A stretch of 40,715 bases of DNA, from the NCBI GenBank assembly GCA_964487475.1, contig CAZAPM010000004.1:101755-142469 (forward strand). The letters run 5' to 3'. This document shows positions 34,300 to 40,715 of the stretch, piece by piece. This stretch comes from an uncultured Planctomycetales bacterium (GTDB lineage Bacteria > Omnitrophota > Gorgyraeia > Gygaellales > Profunditerraquicolaceae). The position numbers and the translations under genes are program-made. Within the stretch, counting starts at the first letter, position 1, and each line of letters begins with the position of its first letter. The notes below the pieces were generated by a model. It was not told the DNA's origin. It saw only the letters and a list, made by a program, of their open reading frames with translations, and did not search any database.

Positions 34300-35721
34300 C
34301 TAATTACCCCTCAATATCATCTTGCCTGCCGCCCGCAGCGGCGCGATCCTGCCGGCATACCGCAGAAAAGGATAGAATGCATTACCCGCAACGGATCCGA
34401 ACCGCCGGCGGAGGAAGGCCTTGAGCCGGGTATCTTCGGTCAGCTGCTTTGCCCGTTTGTAGGCGGCAAGGAGTTCCTTATCGCTCGCATCAGAGATGTT
34501 CAGGAACACCTCGTCCAGGCACCCGTGGTAGAACGCATGGTCGAAATGCGCCATGTCCGGCCCCTGCTGCTTCTGCTGCAGCACCTCCCAAAGCCGCGTT
34601 CCCGGAAAAGGGGTGGTGACGCTGAACATCACGCTCTCGATATCCAGGGATTCCGCAAAACGGATGGTCTCCTCCATCGTCTCCTTCGTATCCCCGGGCA
34701 AACCCAGCATGAAATATCCCGTGGAATAGATGCCCGCTTCCTTAGCCCAACGCACGGCACTGCGCACCTGCTCCAGGGTGATCCCCTTGGTCTGCGAGAT
34801 TATCCTCTGGTTGCCGCTTTCTATCCCGAAAAATACCCTGCTGCACCCGGCGGACTTCATCTCCTTGAGCAGCTCGGGGCTGACCAGATGCACCCGGCTT
34901 AAGCACTCCCACTCGATACGCAGACCCCGGGCGCGAAGCGCAGCGCAAAATTCCCGCACCCGCTGCTGATCGAAAGTGAAAAGGTCGTCGATGAACCAGA
35001 AGGAACTGATCCCGGACCCCTGCACCACCCCTTCGATCTCCCGGAGGATGTTCTCGACGCTGCGCTTCCGGTAACGGTTGCCGAAGATCCCCTTGTAACA
35101 ATAAGAACAGGAGAACGGGCATCCGCGGGAGGAAAGGATCGTGGCCATGGGATTGCCGGTGACGGAAACCGCATTGCGGTACTCCTCCTGGGGGGCGAAT
35201 AATATACGGGAAGGGAACGGCAGCGTATCCAGCTCCTCCAGCAGCGGACGCGGCCCGTTGCACACGGCCGCGCCCTGCGCGTCCCGCATCCCCACCCCCG
35301 GGATCGAGCGGCACTCTGCGTTGCGTTCGATCGCCTCGCAAAGCTCCGGCAGCACATGCTCCCCCTCCCCCTGCACCACGAAATCCACCCCGGGATTCTC
35401 CCGCAGCACCTCCTGGGGGAACAACGAAGGGTGCGGCCCGCCGACAATGACCGGGACCTGCGGCAGGGTTTCCTTGAGCGCGCGGATGAACTCCTTGGCG
35501 CTGGCGTAGGCGTTCGTGGTAATGCTCACCCCAACCGCCTGCGGAGAGAACTCGCGCACCGCCGCCAGCTGCCGGGAAAGTGATTGTGCGGGAAAAAGGG
35601 TGAAATCGAAGATCCTGACGTCATGGCCCCGGGATTCCAGCATGGCGGAGAGATAACCCAGCCCAAGCGGAGGATACCCGTTCCTCATGACCCAATAGGG
35701 AGAGATCAGCGCGATTCGCAT
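34300..35721 (-). CDS. B12-binding domain radical SAM protein
   Basis: PPLGLGYLSA, VIVGGPHPS, VQGEGE, SRGCPFSCSYC (CxxxCxxC), FIDDLFT, GIESG and FMLGLPGDT. Confidence 0.93.
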   Translation of the reverse strand: MRIALISPYWVMRNGYPPLGLGYLSAMLESRGHDVRIFDFTLFPAQSLSRQLAAVREFSPQAVGVSITTNAYASAKEFIRALKETLPQVPVIVGGPHPSLFPQEVLRENPGVDFVVQGEGEHVLPELCEAIERNAECRSIPGVGMRDAQGAAVCNGPRPLLEELDTLPFPSRILFAPQEEYRNAVSVTGNPMATILSSRGCPFSCSYCYKGIFGNRYRKRSVENILREIEGVVQGSGISSFWFIDDLFTFDQQRVREFCAALRARGLRIEWECLSRVHLVSPELLKEMKSAGCSRVFFGIESGNQRIISQTKGITLEQVRSAVRWAKEAGIYSTGYFMLGLPGDTKETMEETIRFAESLDIESVMFSVTTPFPGTRLWEVLQQKQQGPDMAHFDHAFYHGCLDEVFLNISDASDKELLAAYKRAKQLTEDTRLKAFLRRRFGSVAGNAFYPFLRYAGRIAPLRAAGKMILRGN

Positions 35722-35730
35722 GCTGTAGGG

Positions 35731-35759
35731 ATTCTATCAAAAAGCAAATGGCGCTTCAA
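35731..35759 (-). promoter_or_regulatory. Sigma70-type promoter of the radical SAM / glycosyltransferase pair
   Basis: TTGAAG-N17-TAGAAT with extended TG. ATG 9 nt downstream, no SD. Confidence 0.55.
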
Positions 35760-35775
35760 GACAAATATCTCCGGT

Positions 35776-35823
35776 AAAAACAGGCCTGGCGCACCGCACA
35801 TGTTCCGCGTGCAATGCGCCAGG
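35776..35823 (-). terminator. Probable intrinsic terminator after the 36277 gene
   Basis: Minus-strand stem CCTGGCGCATTGCAC/GTGCGGTGCGCCAGG (two G-U pairs) followed by CCTGTTTTT. Confidence 0.65.
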
Positions 35824-35836
35824 TGCGTATACGTCC

Positions 35837-36277
35837 TCAACGCCTGACTTCGGTGTACTCCCAGTGCCCTCCATACTCCTTCTTGTAACTGACGAAATGG
35901 CCGGCCTCGATCACTTCACCCCGGTGAGGGTCATAGGTGCGCTTCTCGGGGACCCAGACCTTCTCCCAGCGGTACTCCGGCACCCACACCCGGGTGGTAT
36001 ACACCACGTAATGCCGTACCGGCGTCCTGTATCCCCGCCCCCTGCCGTAGCCCCGGTCATGATCATACTCCCGGTCCCGGCCATGATCGCGGCCCCGGTC
36101 GTTGCGGTTGATCCCGGTCATGGAGCCGATCAGGTCCACCCTGCCTCCGGTAAGGATGCGCATTCCCTCGATACCGGTGAGCACCTTGCCCGCCACATCC
36201 CAATCGCTTGCCCAGGCGGCATTTCCGCCGCCTAAGAGCACAAACCCCGCCACTACCAATGCCAGCAGTTTCTTCAT
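35837..36277 (-). CDS. Hypothetical exported protein with an R/D/G/H-rich low-complexity linker and WVP-type repeats
   Basis: Signal peptide MKKLLA...AWA, RBS AAGGAGG, DRGRDHGRDREYDHDRGYGRGRGY, and RVWVPE..KVWVPE...GGHW. Confidence 0.75.
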   Translation of the reverse strand: MKKLLALVVAGFVLLGGGNAAWASDWDVAGKVLTGIEGMRILTGGRVDLIGSMTGINRNDRGRDHGRDREYDHDRGYGRGRGYRTPVRHYVVYTTRVWVPEYRWEKVWVPEKRTYDPHRGEVIEAGHFVSYKKEYGGHWEYTEVRR

Positions 36278-36321
36278 CTCCACCCTCCTTGTGGGGCGTA
36301 TGGTACTTCGCCCTTTGCTAC

Positions 36322-36350
36322 TTAGACACAGGGAGGGTCAAAAAAGTTCC
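36322..36350 (-). promoter_or_regulatory. Candidate ECF (RpoE/AlgU-like) promoter
   Basis: Minus strand GGAACTT-N16-GTCTAA upstream of the 36277 gene. Confidence 0.55.
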
Positions 36351-36357
36351 CGTCCGG

Positions 36358-36798
36358 TCACTTCGCCAGGTTCTTGCGCACGAACATCTCTTTTTGGATC
36401 TCATCGTAAAGCTTCTGGAAGAATGCCGGGTCGTCCACGATGGTGGAATTCTCCTGGGTACCGTATTGGGAGCTCGCTTTGACCTTCTTTACCAGCGTGA
36501 TCCTCTCTTTGACGGTATTCGAGCCGAACTGTTCCAGGGTCGCGGTGATCTCGAAATTCTCCATGCCGAACCACACCTGCCTGATCCCCGTCTCCCCGTG
36601 GATGACGCCCGACTGATGGTCGGAATCCTTGATGATGTAGCCGTTATCCTGGAACACCTGGAGGGTGGCCTTATAGGCGTCCTCAAACAGCCCTTCCAGA
36701 TCCCTGGACTCGATACCCCTGCGCTGCATGGGCGTCAGAGGAGTGGCGCATCCGGACAGAAAAAACACCAGGGCGAGGATCGATACGGTCTTCTTCAT
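36358..36798 (-). CDS. Hypothetical lipoprotein
   Basis: MKKTV...FLSGC lipobox. RBS AAGGAG. Confidence 0.8.
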   Translation of the reverse strand: MKKTVSILALVFFLSGCATPLTPMQRRGIESRDLEGLFEDAYKATLQVFQDNGYIIKDSDHQSGVIHGETGIRQVWFGMENFEITATLEQFGSNTVKERITLVKKVKASSQYGTQENSTIVDDPAFFQKLYDEIQKEMFVRKNLAK

Positions 36799-36808
36799 GA
36801 GTATCTCC

Positions 36809-37186
36809 TTAAAACGAGGATGAACGGTAACTGAAATCGTTGACCACGTTCGTATCGTCGAAATCGATCATCAAAGTGAAGGTCCGGGAGGAAGTCGAGG
36901 TCCGGCTTCCCGCGCCTCCGACGATAAGCAGCGTGCCGTAGACGTCCGATGTCCCGGTCTCAACGGAAACCTTGTCGTACGTCCATACTTCGTTGCCGCT
37001 TTTATTCCTGGTCACGATATTAGGCGGACCGAAGATCTCCAGGATATCGTTCTGGGTGGTCTGCCCCTTGATGATCTTGCTCTTCGCCATGCCGGGGGTC
37101 AGGTTGCTCTTCTGCGCCGGCTGCACGCTCGCACAACCGGACACCAATAACACTCCCGCCAGGATCAACACCATGCGTTTGCTCAT
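36809..37186 (-). CDS. Lipoprotein with SmpA/OmlA (BamE-like) fold
   Basis: LVSGC lipobox and IIKGQTTQ.DILEIFGPP......EVWTY...LMIDFD. ATG 37186 after AAGGGGAG. Confidence 0.72.
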   Translation of the reverse strand: MSKRMVLILAGVLLVSGCASVQPAQKSNLTPGMAKSKIIKGQTTQNDILEIFGPPNIVTRNKSGNEVWTYDKVSVETGTSDVYGTLLIVGGAGSRTSTSSRTFTLMIDFDDTNVVNDFSYRSSSF

Positions 37187-37313
37187 ATGCGCTCCCCTTC
37201 CGGAATAGATCTTACGCACATTACGATAGACACCCTTTTACCATACTGCAAGGGCAAATCAATTGCTCCTGCCGACTAACCCCTGACAAAACTGAAAACC
37301 CCGCTCCTCAGGC

Positions 37314-37775
37314 CTAACCCCGAGATGACCCACCCCGAAGGGTCATGACCGCCCAGACCACGAAACGGATGACCAGCAGCACCAGATAAAGACCCGCCAG
37401 CTTCAGCACGAAGGGGACGGCCAGGAACGCGCTGAAGCGCCTGGACAGGAACACCTGCAGGGAATTGATACGCACGGTGCTTTTTACGGGAGATCTGATG
37501 TTCGCTGCCCGGACGAATTCTTTGACTCTCTTCTCCACGAGCTTCGGAGAAGGATCATAGGCTTCCTCCAGGAGCTTACGGTAATCGGAATCATTGCTGA
37601 ACTCGGGAGTCACCGTGATGACCACCGCCTCCCCGCTGGCGAACTCGAGCCTGTACTTAGGCAGCGCCACAGGCACGCTTCTTAACAGGAACAGGGAAAG
37701 ATACACCGCGAGGGACAACCCCAGCACGATCAAACCTTCGATGGCGACCACCCTCTTGACCTTCTGGAGAACCAT
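37314..37775 (-). CDS. Hypothetical membrane protein (N- and C-terminal TM helices)
   Basis: Two hydrophobic segments flank a soluble loop. GGAGAGAGGG RBS. Confidence 0.65.
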   Translation of the reverse strand: MVLQKVKRVVAIEGLIVLGLSLAVYLSLFLLRSVPVALPKYRLEFASGEAVVITVTPEFSNDSDYRKLLEEAYDPSPKLVEKRVKEFVRAANIRSPVKSTVRINSLQVFLSRRFSAFLAVPFVLKLAGLYLVLLVIRFVVWAVMTLRGGSSRG

Positions 37776-37793
37776 ATCCCTCTCTCCTGCGCA

Positions 37794-38861
37794 CTAAAGC
37801 CGTATCAGCTCGTAGGTAAGCGCCCCCAACCCGAGGTGCTCGGCATACTCCAACTGGAGATTCCCGTCATATTCGGGGTGGTGCTCCTTGAAGATATCCT
37901 TGCCGCAGGCGCGGTTGACCAGGTCGAAACAGGCCTTATCGATGCTCACCGGATCGAGAGACGCGAAGATCCCTACGTCCGGCGCGATCCTCTCGTTATG
38001 CAGCGTCCAGCAGTCGCACTCTTTGTTGATCCGGGTGGCGAAGTTGAAATATGCGCACCGGCCGGCTTTCGGCGCCAACAGGGCAAACGCATATTCCATC
38101 ATCTTTTCCTGGACGTGCGTGCCGGCGCCCCAGTCCACCTGCATCGCCATGGTCGGGCAGGCCGCGATACAACTGGCGCACCCGATGCACTTCTTCTTAT
38201 CGATGGCGGCCTTGCCGGAGCGGACCGCAACCGCATGCACGGGACAGATCCCCACGCACTCACCGCACCCTATACAAGTCTCGACGGTAACGGAGGGGGG
38301 AGCATCGCAGTGCTGAAAGAGCTTCCCGGCCCGGCTGGCGCAGCCCATCCCTACGTTCTTCAGCGCTCCGCCGAAAGAAGTGAGGATATGCCCTTTGAAA
38401 TGGGTGACCACCGCCAGGGAATCAGCCTCGGCGTAGAGCCGGCAATGCTTTGCCGTCTGCACGTGCTTCTTGTGCACGGGGATATCGATGAGCTCCTCCG
38501 GACGGGAATCGTCGGGGATCACCACCGGCGCGCCTGCTCCGTCGGGCGTGAACCCGTGCTCGAGCGCCAACTGATGATGATCGCGGGAATCGAGCCTGCG
38601 GCCCTTATATAACGTATTGGCGTCCGAAAGAAACGGGGTTGCCCCCCGGGCCGTGATCCCGTCGCATATCCTGCGGGCGTACGCCGGCCGGACGTAGCCG
38701 TCCGTGCCCTCCTCCCCGAAATGGATCTTGACCGCGGTGCGGTCCTTCGGCCTGACGGCTTCCAACACCCTGCTTTCCCGAATCAGCAGATCGAGCTTCG
38801 CGCACACCGCCGGCTGCCCTTCGGATTCCGCCGCCGCGATGAAGTATACCTTGCTTCCCAT
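37794..38861 (-). CDS. DUF362 family protein with 2x[4Fe-4S] ferredoxin domain
   Basis: AVKIHFGE, DANTLY.G.R, THFKGH...FGGALKNVGMGCASR.GK, CIGCGEC...CP / CIGCASC...CP, ECDC and DPVSID. Confidence 0.9.
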   Translation of the reverse strand: MGSKVYFIAAAESEGQPAVCAKLDLLIRESRVLEAVRPKDRTAVKIHFGEEGTDGYVRPAYARRICDGITARGATPFLSDANTLYKGRRLDSRDHHQLALEHGFTPDGAGAPVVIPDDSRPEELIDIPVHKKHVQTAKHCRLYAEADSLAVVTHFKGHILTSFGGALKNVGMGCASRAGKLFQHCDAPPSVTVETCIGCGECVGICPVHAVAVRSGKAAIDKKKCIGCASCIAACPTMAMQVDWGAGTHVQEKMMEYAFALLAPKAGRCAYFNFATRINKECDCWTLHNERIAPDVGIFASLDPVSIDKACFDLVNRACGKDIFKEHHPEYDGNLQLEYAEHLGLGALTYELIRL

Positions 38862-38905
38862 ATCCTCCCCCTGCCGGGCGCCAGAGGATTAACCCCCGGG
38901 ACGGT

Positions 38906-39133
38906 TCATTCCTGCGTATCTCGTTTTTCCCGCTGCTTCCAATAATCGTCTTCCCAGCGTTTCTTCTCCGCCTCATGACGCTTGATGTGCGGACGCATCA
39001 TCTCTTCGCATGCCCTGCGATCCGCTGCGTCCTGGTCTTTTTTCACTGTCTCCCTATCCGTTTTCTTTTTGGACAGGTAAGACAGTATCGCGACCGCCGC
39101 AAAGACCGCTCCCAACACCAGAAGAATACCCAT
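38906..39133 (-). CDS. Hypothetical small protein with N-terminal TM anchor
   Basis: Hydrophobic N-terminus and charged tail. Upstream TGgTATAAT (39153-39161) and AAGGGAGAG RBS. Confidence 0.6.
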   Translation of the reverse strand: MGILLVLGAVFAAVAILSYLSKKKTDRETVKKDQDAADRRACEEMMRPHIKRHEAEKKRWEDDYWKQREKRDTQE

Positions 39134-39201
39134 CGTCTCTCCCTTTTACCTAATTATACCACTCTCTTGCATTCCGGGGAAAGCTTTCGTTGCGGAAAGG
39201 A

Positions 39202-40449
39202 TCACCGCCTGTACACCATATCCCGGAACATCCGGTAATAACGGTTTACGAGAAAGGGCTTGATGAAAGGTGTCTTTAATACGGTATGCGTGAAAGGGGA
39301 CATGGTCTTGAAACGGGTGTCAATCCATCCTTTTTTTTCGCACAGCGACCTCAGGGCCGTCCCCTTATACGGGGTGAAGATCATCGCCTGCAGGTCATCC
39401 GGCCGTATCCTTCTGTTCAGCGCTACGGTCATGCGGATATCGCGGCCCGTCTCATAGGGCACCCCGACCATATTATGCGTGAACAGCCGCACGCCGTGCT
39501 TCTTGACCAGGGCGGCTTTTTCGATGATCATGGCGTCCGGGATGTTGCGCTTGAGGACCTCTTTCCTGATCCGCTCATTGCCGCACTCGATCGCCATGTT
39601 CACCTGAACGCATCCTGACGCGGCGAGCAGTCCGATAAGTTCCTCGTCCATGATATCGAAACGGGAATTGCACTGGAAGCGCAATCCGAGTTTTCGGAAT
39701 CCGGCGAGGAAAGAAGCGAGCCATTTCCGGTCCCAGGTAAAGAGATCGTCCAGGAAAAAGACCTCCTTCTTATCGGGGAACTGCGCACGCAGCTGCCTGA
39801 TCAGCGCGATACTGTAGCGCACGCCGTGATGCCGCACGCGCATACCAGGATACATGGCATGATACATCCCGTTGCAGCAATACGGGCAGTCGAAGAGGCA
39901 GCCGCGGGTAAGGACGACCGGAATGGCGAAATACGTCTTGAGGAAATGGCTGAACCCGCGGTAATCGGGAAAAGGCAGCGTATCCAGATCCTTCACCGCC
40001 GGCCGCACCGGGTTCGTATAGACCCGGCCGCCCTTCTTCACCCAGAAGTTCCTGATCCCGGTATGATCCCTGCCTTGCGCGAGAGCCTGGAGCAGTTCGC
40101 ACGCCGCCTGCTCCCCCTCCCCGACGCACACCGCATGCACACCCTCGAGCGCGATGCACTCCTCTGGCGCGACGGTCGCATGGATGCCTCCGACCACGAC
40201 CGGCACCCGGGAATGCGCATGCAGGAATCCCGTGACCTGCGCGCAAAGATCGAACGTCTCGTTGGTAAAAGAAATGAGGACTATCTCGGCCCGGGACCTG
40301 GCCAGCAGGGTGATGAGCAAAAGCGGGTCAAAGTCGGAGAGTGTAAAAAGGCGGATCGAATGGCCGCGGGCGCTTAGGGAAGACGCGAGGTACGCCAGCC
40401 CGACATTGAAGATATCCCCTCGGGCCAGGTTCAACAGAAGGGCGCGCAT
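39202..40449 (-). CDS. B12-binding domain radical SAM protein
   Basis: VGLAYLAS, VVVGGIHAT, VGEGE, TRGCLFDCPYC, FLDDLFT, IECGNE and NMVGVPYET. Start moved to ATG 40449. Confidence 0.9.
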   Translation of the reverse strand: MRALLLNLARGDIFNVGLAYLASSLSARGHSIRLFTLSDFDPLLLITLLARSRAEIVLISFTNETFDLCAQVTGFLHAHSRVPVVVGGIHATVAPEECIALEGVHAVCVGEGEQAACELLQALAQGRDHTGIRNFWVKKGGRVYTNPVRPAVKDLDTLPFPDYRGFSHFLKTYFAIPVVLTRGCLFDCPYCCNGMYHAMYPGMRVRHHGVRYSIALIRQLRAQFPDKKEVFFLDDLFTWDRKWLASFLAGFRKLGLRFQCNSRFDIMDEELIGLLAASGCVQVNMAIECGNERIRKEVLKRNIPDAMIIEKAALVKKHGVRLFTHNMVGVPYETGRDIRMTVALNRRIRPDDLQAMIFTPYKGTALRSLCEKKGWIDTRFKTMSPFTHTVLKTPFIKPFLVNRYYRMFRDMVYRR

Positions 40450-40463
40450 GGGGCGGGAACGAG

Positions 40464-40715
40464 CTACCTGGTGAACACCACGGATGACGTCTCGCTGCCC
40501 GGCCGCAGTTCGTTCCAAGAACCCGCCAGCCTTCCCTTTTCCACCTTCAGGTCGAAAAGGATGGCGTCATCATCGACTATACCCGTAATCGGCACCACGA
40601 ACCTCAGCTGATCTCCGGTATGCACAGCCTGGAGGATCTCGAACCGCATACCCTTCGTGACGTCGTTTCCCCCGGTCGCGCCTAACACCGCAAAAGTCCC
40701 CCTGATCCTGCCCCC
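40464..40715 (-). CDS. Hypothetical protein, 3' part (5' truncated by window edge)
   Basis: Frame is open to the window end. Beta-rich sequence. Stop lies 14 nt before the radical SAM start. Confidence 0.55.
   Translation of the reverse strand, partial: GGRIRGTFAVLGATGGNDVTKGMRFEILQAVHTGDQLRFVVPITGIVDDDAILFDLKVEKGRLAGSWNELRPGSETSSVVFTR

Noticed and set aside
1..40715. CRISPR arrays, tRNA/rRNA genes, IS elements, integrases, prophage or defence systems
   Set aside because: No spaced direct repeats, cloverleaf or rRNA-like segments, transposase/integrase motifs or defence domains were recognised by eye. Intergenic spaces are short. tRNAscan/Infernal would be needed to exclude small RNAs formally.

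Overview
A 40.7 kb GC-rich bacterial chromosomal segment from a draft assembly (100-N gap at 31208-31307), almost entirely coded on the minus strand. Protein styles are compatible with a PVC-superphylum/Omnitrophota-like organism (inference only). The core is an ~18 kb co-directional nucleotide-metabolism super-operon (25048->7192): purB, purS-purS-purL fusion, LOG protein, purQ, an atypical Cys-less purF paralog, canonical purF, purM, SPFH protein, purD, purE, tsaC/LMW-phosphatase fusion, rpiB, glyA, dCMP deaminase, nrdR, DUF151 and a CCA-type nucleotidyltransferase. Its short leader carries an NrdR-box-like palindrome. Downstream (lower coordinates) are an ECF sigma factor with a SigW-like promoter and a ZAS anti-sigma/vWA fusion, then an HtpX-GYF-zinc-ribbon protease, dUTPase, retropepsin, macro-remnant Nudix and DUF192 unit, and the 3' end of a Ski2/HelY helicase. 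Upstream (higher coordinates) is an accessory envelope/signalling region: an SGNH hydrolase followed in frame by a duplicate C-terminal cassette, a pseudo-REC/GAF/PAS/degenerate GGDEF/HD-GYP protein, YqaE, DUF4126, a papain-like PKD/FN3 protease, a DUF4190-pilin fusion, a CgeB-like glycosyltransferase, two B12-binding radical SAM enzymes, a lipoprotein pair and a DUF362 Fe-S protein. Several accessory genes look leaderless. No tRNA, rRNA, CRISPR array or mobile element was recognised. All family calls come from motif recognition by eye, not database searches.
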